Below, one piece after another: positions 42,075 through 53,310 of a stretch of DNA of 64,000 nucleotides (within the stretch, counting starts at the first letter, position 1; each line of letters opens with the position of its first letter). This DNA comes from Microcystaceae cyanobacterium. Its GTDB lineage: Bacteria > Cyanobacteriota > Cyanobacteriia > Cyanobacteriales > Microcystaceae. The stretch covers positions 1-64,000 of the forward strand of contig JBGTGT010000116.1 of NCBI GenBank assembly GCA_041746575.1, in the 5' to 3' direction. A model generated the notes under the pieces. It was not told where the DNA came from and made no database searches. It worked only from the letters and a program-made list of their open reading frames with translations. The translations under genes were made by a program, and so were the position numbers.

Positions 42075-42112
42075 GAATTCAAGAGATATCTCGTCATCAA
42101 CCGAAGCAAATA

Positions 42113-43189
42113 TCAATCATCCATTTGCCAAGGCTCAAGTAAATTATTTTCATCAAAAATACGCTTAGGACGAACAATCACAACAACTTGACCCAAAATT
42201 GGCTCAGAAGGCGACTCTTCCCACCATTTAATCCCTAATTCTTCTCCTTGCTTAATTAGGTAATAATAATTTACATCATGATCCTTAACGGCGCGATCAA
42301 TCACCACTAATACCTCTTCCTGTTGCTGATGAGGAAAATTCGGTAAATACTCACCTCTGCAAAGAATCGCCACGGGATCTTGCGCTTTTAAGACAGATTG
42401 CCATCCTGGTAGCGGCAAAGCTTTTAATTCTGTCGTAATTTCCACAAAACGAAACGGTTCAACCACAGCCAAAGCAGGAATACTTAAAAAAATGTGAGAC
42501 AAGAGGGGAAAAGTCCCTGCTAAGGGAACAATGCGTGCTAATTCTTCCTCCGCCTCTAGACGATGAATCGGTAATAACGGTGCGCCACGACTGGAAACCA
42601 AGGTAAAATCCGTCAATAACTTCTCAAGAGCCGTTCTAGCCGTCGTAGAATGGGCAAATTTTAAGCCTTTGGCAATTAAACGCGATCGCTCTTGTAAATC
42701 TTTTTTTTGTCGTGCCTGTCGCCAACATTGATAGGCCATCACATCGCCAGCATCAGACGTAAATCCGTCAGGAAAGTGAGATAAGCGAGAAAATTCTTGA
42801 ATTGCTTTAGCTACCTCTTTGGCACTATCAAACTCAAGGTTCTTCTCATAACAGAGCCGTGCCGCCTCCAAACGTTGATCTTGATTAAGGATGCGTAATT
42901 CATAGAGAATATCACTTTTCGGACCTTGGAAATAGCGTAACAGGGTTTCTTCCCCTTGCCCTTGACTTAAACTGTCATAGACTTGTGAGGCAACGATGAT
43001 TAAATTCTGCTGACTGCTTTGAAATCCCGTCTCTTCAAAAAGTTTTTGTGGAGGATAACCGGCTTTGTGTAAGGTTTGACACGCTTTTCCCCAATCTATC
43101 CACGAGCCTTCCTTATGGAGGAGCGATCGCAACAGATCATTAATCATTTCCTCAGAGAGGGGAACCGGAACATCTGACGGATTAGTCAT
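42113..43189 (-). CDS. raf1: RuBisCO accumulation factor 1
   Basis: LLHKEGSWIDWG, FEETGF, LPGWQ and the C-terminal RPKRIFDE...WQMDD. Confidence 0.93.
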   Translation of the reverse strand: MTNPSDVPVPLSEEMINDLLRSLLHKEGSWIDWGKACQTLHKAGYPPQKLFEETGFQSSQQNLIIVASQVYDSLSQGQGEETLLRYFQGPKSDILYELRILNQDQRLEAARLCYEKNLEFDSAKEVAKAIQEFSRLSHFPDGFTSDAGDVMAYQCWRQARQKKDLQERSRLIAKGLKFAHSTTARTALEKLLTDFTLVSSRGAPLLPIHRLEAEEELARIVPLAGTFPLLSHIFLSIPALAVVEPFRFVEITTELKALPLPGWQSVLKAQDPVAILCRGEYLPNFPHQQQEEVLVVIDRAVKDHDVNYYYLIKQGEELGIKWWEESPSEPILGQVVVIVRPKRIFDENNLLEPWQMDD

Positions 43190-43488
43190 GAATCGCTCAA
43201 CGATAAAGAATTAACTCTTTCCATTTTTTCTAAATTTCTGGGAAAAGTCGGGTTTTTCTTAAGAAAAATTTACAAAACAATTCGCAGTACCTGTTTTCTT
43301 TTTAGCCATGCGCCTCAGGTTTGAGCCACAACCCATCCTGTCATCTCAAGGCATTCTCGACTAGACTAGAAAGAGAAGAATTATCCATGTCTGATCGTGG
43401 ATTGCTAACAAGATTCAAACCGCATCATTACCCTAAGCCTTATCGTCATTACTCACGATTCAACTTAGAAGGAGTGCTATCAGGGACT

Positions 43489-44670
43489 ATGAGGGGAACG
43501 CTCAGTGAAATAGATATTCGTAGCATTTTTCAATTAATCGCTTTAGGACAGCGTACAGGAGAGCTTTTTATAGAAGCCTATCCTCCTGTATCCCCGAATG
43601 CTCATTTAGAAGCCCCCACCCCCGTTTTGCCTTATCCTTACGGAAGCCATCCTTTCTGGTTTGTCTTTTTCGTCAATGGTCAAATGGTCTATACCGCCGA
43701 TCATACCAATGGGCGACTGGGACGGCTAAAAGATTACTTGCGCCGTTATGAAGTTGAACCTGCCCTGAAAAATCTCTCTCTTTCCGAAATTGCCACTACG
43801 AATGATCCCGAATATGCTTATTTATGGTGGCTTTTAGCCCAAAAAAAGCTAACGCCCGCCCAAGCCCGTAAAATTATCGAGAACATGGTACAAGAAACCC
43901 TCTTTGATTTACTGAGCTTGCATAATGGAGCATTTGTCTTTGAAACCGGCTTAGCCTTAGCCCCACAGTTAATTACCTTACCCGTTGCACCGTTAATCAC
44001 AAAAATGATGAAGCAACTGCAACAGTGGAAAGCTTTTTATCCCCATATTCAACTGCCGCAACAAAGTCTGCACATTAGTCATCCCCTTGCCCTTCAGAAC
44101 GCTTTACCCGAGAAAGCCTATCAAAGTTTAGCTTACTGGGCAGACGGCAAAACCACCCTACGACAATTATCCCGTTATCTCAATCGGGATCTCCTATCCT
44201 TAGCTAAAGGAATCTATCCTTATGTAGAACGAGGATGGATTCATTTGGTGAATGAGGATTCAACCCACCGCCCCGAAGAATCACCTTTGCCCGAAAACGA
44301 GGAAACTTCGCCACCGAAGATTGTTTGTATTGATGACGATCTCACCGTTGGACGCAAAATTAAAGCGATTTTGAGCGAAAAAGGCTATCAAGTGACAGTA
44401 ATGAGCGATCCCCTCGATGCTCTCACCCAACTCTTTTACCTAAAACCCGATTTAATTTTATGCGACATTGCCATGCCAAAACTCGATGGCTATGAACTCT
44501 GTGCCATGATCCGTCATTCCCGTGCCTTTCGGCAAACCCCTTTGATCATGTTAACCGGAAGAGATGCCTTTATGGATCGCGTTAGAGCAAGGGTAGCAGG
44601 GGCAACCGATTATCTCACTAAACCCTTCGGCGAACAAGAATTGCTGTTACTCCTAGAGCAATATCAGTAA
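43489..44670 (+). CDS. pilG: PatA-family response regulator (PilG-like)
   Basis: PATAN domain starting MRGTLSEIDIRS (ATG 43489) plus a C-terminal receiver; first gene of the taxis cluster. Confidence 0.85.
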   Translation: MRGTLSEIDIRSIFQLIALGQRTGELFIEAYPPVSPNAHLEAPTPVLPYPYGSHPFWFVFFVNGQMVYTADHTNGRLGRLKDYLRRYEVEPALKNLSLSEIATTNDPEYAYLWWLLAQKKLTPAQARKIIENMVQETLFDLLSLHNGAFVFETGLALAPQLITLPVAPLITKMMKQLQQWKAFYPHIQLPQQSLHISHPLALQNALPEKAYQSLAYWADGKTTLRQLSRYLNRDLLSLAKGIYPYVERGWIHLVNEDSTHRPEESPLPENEETSPPKIVCIDDDLTVGRKIKAILSEKGYQVTVMSDPLDALTQLFYLKPDLILCDIAMPKLDGYELCAMIRHSRAFRQTPLIMLTGRDAFMDRVRARVAGATDYLTKPFGEQELLLLLEQYQ

Positions 44671-44888
44671 AATCCTCTCCCTTAACCCCCTTAGGAGAGC
44701 CTTGAATCTCCGAATTGCGGATATAAATCTTTAAATTGCTCAAAGTTAAAGTTTAAGTGTTGTAAGGGAATCCTATTAGAATGAACAAAGGCCAAATCTT
44801 TTAATTATCATAGAAAGTATAGGCTTCGTCCAGAATAGCGAATTCTCTCTCACTCTCATTGCCCCTCTTGCAGAACAGGTAAAAAGAT

Positions 44889-45254
44889 ATGAACGAAGTA
44901 TTGGTGGTAGAAGACAGTATTCCTCAACGGGAAATGATCTCCGATCTTTTACAAAATAGCGGATTAAAAGTCATTATTGCCTCTGATGGAATAGAAGCCT
45001 TGGAACAGATTCAGCAATCAAACCCTGATTTAATTGTTCTCGATATTGTGATGCCCCGCATGAATGGATACGAGGTGTGCCGCCGCTTAAAACAAGATCC
45101 GAAAACCCGCCATGTGCCTGTGGTCATGTGTTCCTCAAAAAGGGAAGAATTTGATCGTTACTGGGGGATGAAACAAGGAGCCGATGCTTATATTGCGAAA
45201 CCCTTTCAACCGATTGAATTAATCGGCACGATTAAGCAATTACTAAGGGGGTAA
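44889..45254 (+). CDS. pilH: CheY-like response regulator
   Basis: Single receiver domain, LDIVMPRMNG, WGMKQGADAYIAKP. Confidence 0.9.
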   Translation: MNEVLVVEDSIPQREMISDLLQNSGLKVIIASDGIEALEQIQQSNPDLIVLDIVMPRMNGYEVCRRLKQDPKTRHVPVVMCSSKREEFDRYWGMKQGADAYIAKPFQPIELIGTIKQLLRG

Positions 45255-45335
45255 AGCAGTATTTTTTTTCGTTAATTATCGGAAAAGCTTAAAACATCCG
45301 ATCTGGAGACAATTTATACTATCGAATACTCAGCT

Positions 45336-45872
45336 ATGGTCGGCAACACGGAGTTTTTTACCACGAATAATCAGGCGGTCGCCCCAGAAATGCAAGACCT
45401 GCAAACCCCGGAAGGGGAACTGCATTTGCGTTTCTATTTGCCTGAAGGCGACGAATTTGCCTTACCGGCGACTGCCATTCGGGAAGTCGTTCAACAAGCC
45501 CCTGATCGGATTACCCCCATTCCCAATGCTTCTCCTCTCCTACTGGGAACGATGAATTTACGGGGTCAAGTCGTTTGGGTGGCTGATTTAGGGCAATTTT
45601 TAGAAAATCCCACTGCCCTTAACACCGATCGCGCCGAACTGCCTGTGATTGCTGTTGAAACGGAGGACAGCATTTTAGGATTAGCGGTTGATCGTTTAGG
45701 GGAAATGGAATGGTTAGACATCAATCAACTACAACTGTCCAACAGTCTGCCCGACCATATTGCCCCCTATGTTCAAGGGGAATGGGTCTTGGGGAGCGAA
45801 GATGATCATCAGCAAATGTTGCGGCTACTTGACCACGTAGCTATTTTACGGTCGGCTCGATGGGTAACCTAA
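45336..45872 (+). CDS. pilI: CheW-like coupling protein
   Basis: ITPIPN...LGTMNLRGQVVWVADL. Confidence 0.9.
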   Translation: MVGNTEFFTTNNQAVAPEMQDLQTPEGELHLRFYLPEGDEFALPATAIREVVQQAPDRITPIPNASPLLLGTMNLRGQVVWVADLGQFLENPTALNTDRAELPVIAVETEDSILGLAVDRLGEMEWLDINQLQLSNSLPDHIAPYVQGEWVLGSEDDHQQMLRLLDHVAILRSARWVT

Positions 45873-45977
45873 GGCTAATGGGTAACCTAATAACATAAAG
45901 GGCAGGGATCACAATCACGACGCTTGCTCACTCACACCACCGAAGACCCATGATTCACCATTAGGAGGGAGATTAGC

Positions 45978-48668
45978 ATGACAACCGGGACGGAATATGG
46001 AAAATTGTATAATCAAGCCTATGCCGCCTATGGTCAGGGAAATTACGACGCGGCTTTGGCATTAACGGAACGGATGGAACAGTCCTTCCCGGATGATCCC
46101 CACATTTTCCTCCTTCAAGGTAATATTTTTTACGGTCTAGGGCAATACGATCACGCCTGTTATAAATATCAACAGGTCTTAGCCATGGAGTCCCAACTGC
46201 AAGATCAACCCCAAGTGATCGAATATGCTTACCAAGGCTTAGAAAGAGCGCAACAATATCAAAATCAACTCCTCGATCCCTCCCTAGGCATCGCCGAAAC
46301 TGAAAGTGTTTCTGCCGCTCATCACCATGCCGCCTCCCCGTCGGTGATTGAGCAAGAAGACGATGAACCCGATTGGCAGGCCGAAGCTTCCCAATGGAAT
46401 CAAGAACCAGAACTCCCCTCTGACGGTGTTGATTGGGATAGTGCCATTTTTAGTGACGAGGATTTTGGTGAACCCACCCTCGGCAAAGCGGTAGATGCCC
46501 CGTCACATCCTTTTAAAGAAGACCTCCTCGACGAAGCCGGTGAAACGTCTTTTAACCCTTCCCTCGGCCACGCCCCAACCTTTCAAGGGCCGCCGTCTAA
46601 CCCGTTTGAGTCTCAAGCAGAAACCCTTCAGCCGGAGTGGCCGGACTTTACGGACGGGTTGGATGAAGATTTTTCCTTAGACGACGATCAACCTGATAGC
46701 CATTCAGGTTACCCTAACGCCTCAGAACCGACGTTTATGGTGTCTTCTAACTTAGAAACTCCCTCATCTGGGGAAGCCTCTTTCCCTTTTGAGGACAGTG
46801 CGGAGACATCAGCATGGGAGGAAATGTCCATCGGTGATCAAAAAACGATTCAAGCTCCTCCTTCGATGGTACCGAGCGGAGACGACAGTTTTCTCGATAG
46901 TCATTGGGATTCTCTTAATGAGGAAGAACTAGAAGGGCTTTCTAAATTTAATTTAACTGATATTTCCGCAGAATTGCCAGAATCGGGTTTATTCTCAGAA
47001 CAATCCTCTGCCGATTTTACTCTCGATGAAGCCAAATTTTCGACTCGAACGACTGCCGATAGTTCTTCTCATTGGCTGAAAACGGGGGATAATGCGCCAG
47101 ACAATTCCTCAGCCCTTCTTTCCCTTAATGGGGCAAAACCGACGGCTGACGTAGAACAAGGAATGTTTGCTTGGTTAATCAACGCCCCCTTACGCCGTAA
47201 ACAGTTATTGACGTCTGCAGGAGCGGGCTTAATGGCCGCTTTAACGGTTTTAGTGATTGGAGGATTATTCGCCGCCAACAGTCCCAAAGACAAAACACCC
47301 GCCCCATCTCCTCCTAAAACCGAACAACCAAAAACGAAAGATCCTAAGGCGGCTCAAGCCAGCAAAACCGCTCAAACCCCTGAGAAAAACGGGTATTTTT
47401 TGATTCCGATGGCCCTAATGACGGGCTTAAGCAGTTTTGCCATCACCTTCTTATTGATGGAGATTATTCTTCGCTACATCAAGCGTACCCTTGAAGATCT
47501 CCTATTGCAGTTCAATACCGTATATAGTGGCAATTTAAACGTCAAAGCAACCGTTTTTGGCGAAGATGAATTGGGTCACCTCACCCGTTGTTTTAATTTA
47601 ATGACTCGTCAGGTTAATACTATTACCAGCGAAGCTCAACAACGGGCATCGGATGTCGAACAAGCTAGAGAAGATTTGCAAAGACAAGTGATTCGTCTCC
47701 TAGATGATGTAGAAGGGGCGGCACGGGGCGATTTGACGGTAGAAGCGGAAGTGACGGCGGATGTTTTGGGGGCAGTGGCCGACGCTTTTAATTTGACCAT
47801 TCAAAATCTCAGAGGCATTGTCCAACAGGTCAAAAAAGCCGCTAAACAGGTTAATAAAGGCTCAACAGATAGTGAATCGTTTGCCCGTAATAATTCGGGG
47901 GATGCCTTGAGAATGGCGGAGGAATTAGCCGTTACCTTAAACTCGGTTCAGATGATGACGGAATCCATTCAACGGGTAGCCGAAAATGCCCGCGAAGCCG
48001 AAGAAGTGGCTCATACCTCTAGTGTGACAGCATTGAAAGGGGGAGAAGCGGTCGAACAAACCGTGGCGGCAATTTTGCAAATTCGGGAGACCGTCTCTGA
48101 AGCCGCCCGTAAAGTGAAACGTTTAGCAGAAGCCTCGCAGGAAATCTCGAAAATTGTGGCGGTTATTTCGCAAATTGCCAGCAGAACCAACTTACTCGCT
48201 TTGAATGCGTCGATTCAGGCGGCGAGAGCCGGAGAGGCGGGGAAAGGGTTCGCTATCGTTGCCGATGAAGTCCGACAATTGGCTGACCGTTCGGCCAAAG
48301 AGTTGAAAGATATTGAACAAATCGTTTTGCAAATTCAAAGTGAGACAGGTTCGGTCATGAAAGCGATGGAGGAAGGCATTCAACAGGTGATCAAACTCAC
48401 CGATATGTCGGAACAAGCCAAGCGATCGCTGGAGGATATTATTAACGTATCCAATCGCATTAATACCCTTGTTCGTTCCATTACTGCTGATACGGTCAAA
48501 CAACGGGAGAATTCTCGCGCAGTAACCCAAGTCATGCAATCTATTGAATTAACGGCACAAGAAACTTCTCAAGAATCCCAACGGGTGGCAGGTTCTTTAC
48601 AGAAATTGGTGTCAATTTCTCAGAATTTATTATCTTCTGTGGAAAGTTTCCGGGTTGATACCGATTAG
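45978..48668 (+). CDS. pilJ: methyl-accepting chemotaxis protein with N-terminal TPR and acidic linker
   Basis: TPR N-terminus, two TM helices, HAMP domains and the MCP core [30 protein letters not shown]. Confidence 0.92.
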   Translation: MTTGTEYGKLYNQAYAAYGQGNYDAALALTERMEQSFPDDPHIFLLQGNIFYGLGQYDHACYKYQQVLAMESQLQDQPQVIEYAYQGLERAQQYQNQLLDPSLGIAETESVSAAHHHAASPSVIEQEDDEPDWQAEASQWNQEPELPSDGVDWDSAIFSDEDFGEPTLGKAVDAPSHPFKEDLLDEAGETSFNPSLGHAPTFQGPPSNPFESQAETLQPEWPDFTDGLDEDFSLDDDQPDSHSGYPNASEPTFMVSSNLETPSSGEASFPFEDSAETSAWEEMSIGDQKTIQAPPSMVPSGDDSFLDSHWDSLNEEELEGLSKFNLTDISAELPESGLFSEQSSADFTLDEAKFSTRTTADSSSHWLKTGDNAPDNSSALLSLNGAKPTADVEQGMFAWLINAPLRRKQLLTSAGAGLMAALTVLVIGGLFAANSPKDKTPAPSPPKTEQPKTKDPKAAQASKTAQTPEKNGYFLIPMALMTGLSSFAITFLLMEIILRYIKRTLEDLLLQFNTVYSGNLNVKATVFGEDELGHLTRCFNLMTRQVNTITSEAQQRASDVEQAREDLQRQVIRLLDDVEGAARGDLTVEAEVTADVLGAVADAFNLTIQNLRGIVQQVKKAAKQVNKGSTDSESFARNNSGDALRMAEELAVTLNSVQMMTESIQRVAENAREAEEVAHTSSVTALKGGEAVEQTVAAILQIRETVSEAARKVKRLAEASQEISKIVAVISQIASRTNLLALNASIQAARAGEAGKGFAIVADEVRQLADRSAKELKDIEQIVLQIQSETGSVMKAMEEGIQQVIKLTDMSEQAKRSLEDIINVSNRINTLVRSITADTVKQRENSRAVTQVMQSIELTAQETSQESQRVAGSLQKLVSISQNLLSSVESFRVDTD

Positions 48669-48846
48669 GTCGTTGAGAACAGGGTATAGTGGATGATAGC
48701 TCAATTCATCTGCTAAGTCGCAGGACCGCATGAAAGTGAATCATTGAGATAGCGGCAAGAGGCAACAAAACTTTTACCCCTCTCAAACGTTAGCTCACGA
48801 GACATAAGTCCCGCTTCTTATCATGATTAAATCGGAATGATTAACC

Positions 48847-49605
48847 ATGAACTGGTTTAAACGCTTATTGTCAGCCTTTTTTTTAGGAGGACAGGTTTTT
48901 TTTCATTGTCTAACGGCTAAAATTCATCGCCGTAATACCCTTGAACAAATGAGTGTGGTTGGCCCTGAATCGTTAGGAATTGCTCTTGTCACTGCTGGTT
49001 TTGTCGGGATGGTCTTTACCATTCAAGTTGCCCGCGAATTCATTAATTTTGGGGCAGGAACAACTGTTGGGGGGGTATTGGCTATTACCCTGACAAGGGA
49101 GTTAGCCCCCGTCTTAACGGCAGTAGTGGTGACTGGACGAGTAGGGTCAGCTTTTGCCGCAGAAATTGGCACAATGCGGGTTACCGAACAGATTGATGCG
49201 CTCTATATGCTAAAAACTGATCCTATCGATTACTTGGTGGTGCCGAGAGTTCTAGCTAGTAGTTTAATGTTACCAATTTTAAACCTGTTGTCATTAATAA
49301 CAGGATTGTTGGGGGGATTATTGATTGCCAATGGTCTTTATGCTATTCCGACTTCTGTTTTTTTGAAATCCGCTAATGATTTTTTGGAATTGTGGGATGT
49401 GGTCAGTTCTTTGATTAAATCAGGCATTTTTGGGGCATTAATTGCAGTCATTGGTTGTAGTTGGGGTTTAACGACTACAGGAGGTGCAAAAGGAGTCGGG
49501 CAGTCCACCACCACCGCCGTGGTAACATCTTTATTGGCGGTGTTTATTGCCAATTTTTTTCTATCTTGGATCATGTTTCAAGGAACAGGAAGTTCGTTGA
49601 AGTAA
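48847..49605 (+). CDS. mlaE: MlaE lipid ABC permease (Ycf63)
   Basis: RELAPVL, AEIGTMRVTEQIDAL and GAKGVGQSTT. Confidence 0.92.
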   Translation: MNWFKRLLSAFFLGGQVFFHCLTAKIHRRNTLEQMSVVGPESLGIALVTAGFVGMVFTIQVAREFINFGAGTTVGGVLAITLTRELAPVLTAVVVTGRVGSAFAAEIGTMRVTEQIDALYMLKTDPIDYLVVPRVLASSLMLPILNLLSLITGLLGGLLIANGLYAIPTSVFLKSANDFLELWDVVSSLIKSGIFGALIAVIGCSWGLTTTGGAKGVGQSTTTAVVTSLLAVFIANFFLSWIMFQGTGSSLK

Positions 49606-49784
49606 CAGAAAGCGGTATTTTAGGAATGCTCGCCGAGATTTTGGCAGAAGATGGCTTAAATGGGGCTATGAATAAGCGTAGAGACGCTTTCTAGAACGCC
49701 CCTACACTATCCTATCCCTGAATGAAGCATAACCACCGTATTTTCAGCCCACCTTTTGAGGGTGATTTTGAACTCAGGTTGAGC

Positions 49785-50324
49785 TTAACTACGAACGGTC
49801 GGTTTCGTCTCTGCGCCGGGGCGATTGCCTTGACCTTCGAGAGATTCCCCTTCAATAAAGGAACGAAGCATCCAAGCCATTTCTTCGTGTTGTTCCATTA
49901 ATCCCGTCAAAAAGTCGGCAGTTCCTTCATCGTGGAAGGATTCGCCACATTGGTCAATATGTTCTCTAAGATTTCGGATGATCTGTTCATGGTCAGAAAC
50001 TAAACGCGTCACCATTTCATTGGCGGAAGGCAAATCTTGAGGATGCTCTTTAATAGAGCCGTTTTGGATAAATCCGGCGGCTGTTCCGAGAGGATAACCC
50101 CCTAAAGCCCGAATTCTTTCTGCAACTGCGTCTATACTAATAGTCAAAGCCTCATAATGCTCTTCCCATAGCATGTGAAGGGTGCGAAACTGGGGGCCAA
50201 CGACATCCCAATGGTATTTTTTGGTTTTGATCAGTAGAAGGTAAAGATCCGATAAATCAACGTTCAAAAGATCAATGACGCCGTGACGCTGTTCTTCGGT
50301 CAAACCGATGTTAGGCTGAGACAT
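49785..50324 (-). CDS. dps: Dps family DNA-protection/ferritin protein
   Basis: KYHWDVVGPQFRTLH...DAVAERIRALG...HEEMAWML. Confidence 0.93.
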   Translation of the reverse strand: MSQPNIGLTEEQRHGVIDLLNVDLSDLYLLLIKTKKYHWDVVGPQFRTLHMLWEEHYEALTISIDAVAERIRALGGYPLGTAAGFIQNGSIKEHPQDLPSANEMVTRLVSDHEQIIRNLREHIDQCGESFHDEGTADFLTGLMEQHEEMAWMLRSFIEGESLEGQGNRPGAETKPTVRS

Positions 50325-50596
50325 AGATAGATAGTATTACTTGAATAACGACCCTCTCATTAAAACAATTTTTGGCGGTCGCACACATCTAGAATTTGAA
50401 TGACTTTAATTTTGAATCTAAGATCAATCTCTAACTTGAGAGGGAGCTAGATGCCGCTAACGCCCTTCAGGAGAAGGGTCATAGTTGCTACTACAGCAGG
50501 GGTCTTCTTTCTCTAGATAGTTTTTTCTGTTTGATCGACTTTGATCGGGCTAAAATATGCAAAAATTCAATATATAATTAATTGAGGAAAATATTC

Positions 50597-50974
50597 ATGG
50601 TTCAACGCGGTTCTACAGTCAGAGTCTTGCGCCACGAATCCTATTGGTACAAAGACGTTGGTACGGTTGTTTCCGTAGACAAAAGTGGTATCATTTATCC
50701 GGTCATCGTTAGATTCGGGAAAATAAATTATGCTGGCGTAAATACCAATAACTTCGCTGAGCGAGAACTAGAAGAAGTGCAAGCACCCAAAGGAAAGCCC
50801 AAGGCAACGGTGGCTCCTTCAGGGGATAAGCAAACCCCCATTGAGGCCGCAACGCGTCGAACAGGTACAGATGCCAGAGCATCGGATGCAAGAGAAGGGG
50901 CTAAGCCTGAAGCACCCGGTGATAAAAATGTAGATATAGAGGGCGATCCTAATCAAGGAACAGATGCGCTTTAA
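50597..50974 (+). CDS. psaE: photosystem I subunit IV (PsaE)-family protein with a long C-terminal extension
   Basis: [50 protein letters not shown] is the PsaE core. ATG 50597 has a GAGGA RBS. About 60 extra residues follow. Confidence 0.85.
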   Translation: MVQRGSTVRVLRHESYWYKDVGTVVSVDKSGIIYPVIVRFGKINYAGVNTNNFAERELEEVQAPKGKPKATVAPSGDKQTPIEAATRRTGTDARASDAREGAKPEAPGDKNVDIEGDPNQGTDAL

Positions 50975-51174
50975 ACTAATCTCGTTTTAAAGTCAGTTTT
51001 AACCTTGTTGAACGTTTGTCTGTTGCCAACTAAGGGCGCAAGTTTCTGCGCCCAATCTTAAAATTAATTACATCTGTCGGCGAGTGAATAGGTAGGTAAA
51101 AACCCACGAATCAGCAAATGGATAGAACAAAATCATACGTTTTTGTTCTCCTAACTTATCTAGGGTAAAGTTCC

Positions 51175-52041
51175 CTATGCACCTACAACAACACCTCCAT
51201 TAGGATGCAATACTTGTCCAGCGAAATAAGAGGAATCTTCGGAGGCCAAAAATACAAAACTGGTAGCGACTTCTACCGGTTGGCCGGGGCGTTTCATGGG
51301 GACTTGTCCACCAAATCCTTCCACTTGTTCGGCAGACATTGCATCAGGAATAAAGGGTGTCCAAATTGGACCGGGAGCAACCCCATTGACACGGATTCCT
51401 TTTTTCAAAAGCGATTGAGCCAGGGAACGGGTAAAAGCCAAAATTGCTCCCTTAGTAGTGGAATAACTCAGCAAAGAAGCGTTACCTTTATAGGCATTAA
51501 TTGAAGTGGTATTAATGATCGAACTTCCTTCTTTCAGATGAGGAATAGCCGCTTTTGAGAAATAAAACATGGCAAAGATATTGGTGCTAAAAATACTGCC
51601 TAGACGGGCTGAATCAATATCTTCTAGATTTTGGGAATCTTCTTGATATTGTTCTGCAGCATTGTTCACCAAAATATCAAGTTTGCCCAATTCTTTAACG
51701 GTTTTTTCGACTGCTTCATGGCAGAATTTTTCGTTACTGATATCTCCGGCGATTAGGAGACATTTTCTGTTTTGCTCTTCTAGCAACTTTTTTGTTTTTT
51801 TGGCATCTTCATGCTCATCAAGATAGACAATCGAAACGTCCGCTCCCTCTTTGGCATAAAGCACAGCAACTGAACGGCCGATACCGCTATCGCCTCCTGT
51901 AATTAGAGCCACTTTATCTAAAAGTTTATCGCTTCCCTTATAAGTATCGCGATCGTATTGGGGGGAAGGGGTCATTTCTGACTCTAAGGCGGGTTGTCTC
52001 TCTTGAGACTGGGCAGGAATTTGATCGGCGGAAATTGTCAT
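51175..52041 (-). CDS. SDR oxidoreductase (general-stress YdaD/YghA-like)
   Basis: ITGGDSGIG, NNAAEQ, YSTTK and PGPIWTP. Confidence 0.92.
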   Translation of the reverse strand: MTISADQIPAQSQERQPALESEMTPSPQYDRDTYKGSDKLLDKVALITGGDSGIGRSVAVLYAKEGADVSIVYLDEHEDAKKTKKLLEEQNRKCLLIAGDISNEKFCHEAVEKTVKELGKLDILVNNAAEQYQEDSQNLEDIDSARLGSIFSTNIFAMFYFSKAAIPHLKEGSSIINTTSINAYKGNASLLSYSTTKGAILAFTRSLAQSLLKKGIRVNGVAPGPIWTPFIPDAMSAEQVEGFGGQVPMKRPGQPVEVATSFVFLASEDSSYFAGQVLHPNGGVVVGA

Positions 52042-52469
52042 AAATTTTCCTCTTTGAATAGTGATTTTCGAGGATTCGTTATCGAAATCGAAAGTTAATA
52101 ATCCTGCTAATTTAAAATAGAAGTTTTATTAACCAATTTCACTTTAAAGAAAAAATAAGCAAAAAAAATATATCACAAGTCATAGTTTATATTCAGCCAA
52201 GAGACGGAATAAAGTTTTTATAGACTGTTTGCATTCTCAAAAATTTTCTTGACTTTTATCTTACTTCATCAGAATCTTCAAATTTTGTAAGATGGATGAT
52301 GCCCCGTCCTTTCTTATACTCTATATTTAACTACTCACTAAAATTTATTTAACAATTTATTTCTTAAGTTAGAAACTGTTTGACCTCTCACCTATGATAG
52401 ATTCAAAACTAAGAAATTTTTGTTTTGATGTAAGTGGAAAACCTAAATGAATAAATTTTCTTTATTATT

Positions 52470-52883
52470 ATGACAGACGCAACTAATGCCAAAGCTGAAG
52501 CAAAAACTATCTTAGAAGCCAAAGAGAAATTATCGAACGTTCTTCCCACACCTTCCGAGCAACAAATGCCGATTTCTAGCCCTCAAGCCTTGAAGGAACG
52601 GCTAGAATGGGGCGAACCTGCATTGACGATTTTAGATGCACGAAGCCGCGAGGCGTATCTGGAAGAACACATTACGGGCGCAATGTTATTCTCTGATTTT
52701 GAGTCGAGTTTTTCGACCGTGTCCCCCCGTCGGGACATGTATGTTTATGGGGAAAATGAAGAAGCGACGAGTCTTGCAGCAGATACCCTACGTCAAGCGG
52801 GATTTGAGCGAGTTTCTCAAATAAAAGGAGGCTTATCCGCTTGGAAATCCATCAAAGGGCCGACGGAAGGAAGAGCCGCGTAA
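52470..52883 (+). CDS. rhodanese-like domain protein
   Basis: LEWGEPALTILDAR...HITGA...GGLSAWK; no Cys at the active-site loop (YVYG). Confidence 0.85.
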   Translation: MTDATNAKAEAKTILEAKEKLSNVLPTPSEQQMPISSPQALKERLEWGEPALTILDARSREAYLEEHITGAMLFSDFESSFSTVSPRRDMYVYGENEEATSLAADTLRQAGFERVSQIKGGLSAWKSIKGPTEGRAA

Positions 52884-52985
52884 GAGATACTATATTGAGC
52901 CATTAATTAATTAAAATGGGTACGCTTTTGTACCCTTTAATTATTAATTATTTAGAGCGAGTTCTTTTAGGAAAAAATCAAGATT

Positions 52986-53186
52986 ATGCCAAGAGAAATA
53001 GACAAGTTTGCCAAAACTGAGCCTTTTATGGAGAGCAATGAGGTTGATCAATTGGGCGAAAAAGCGGGATTAGATATATCTCCCGAAGAAGAATTGGCTC
53101 TCAAAGATAAACTAGAAGAACGGGACAAAGAAAGATTAAACTTGGATGATTTAGATGCTCAAACTCGTGATACCAAATCCGTTTGA
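52986..53186 (+). CDS. small acidic protein, DUF6335-like
   Basis: VDQLGEKAGL...KLEERDKERLNLD. Confidence 0.55.
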   Translation: MPREIDKFAKTEPFMESNEVDQLGEKAGLDISPEEELALKDKLEERDKERLNLDDLDAQTRDTKSV

Positions 53187-53310
53187 TTACCCATCGTCAA
53201 AAGTATTTCGAACCTTTGTTTCTAAAGAATCACAACTATGGTCGATTAATAGGATTCGATATTATCTTTGACGCCCATAATTTAAATGGATTCTCTGGTT
53301 ATCTCAAAAA

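Noticed and set aside
43489..49605. Taxis cluster lacking cheA and followed by mlaE
   Set aside because: This matches the known Synechocystis pilGHIJ-ycf63 arrangement, where the CheA (PilL) genes lie elsewhere. Not novel.
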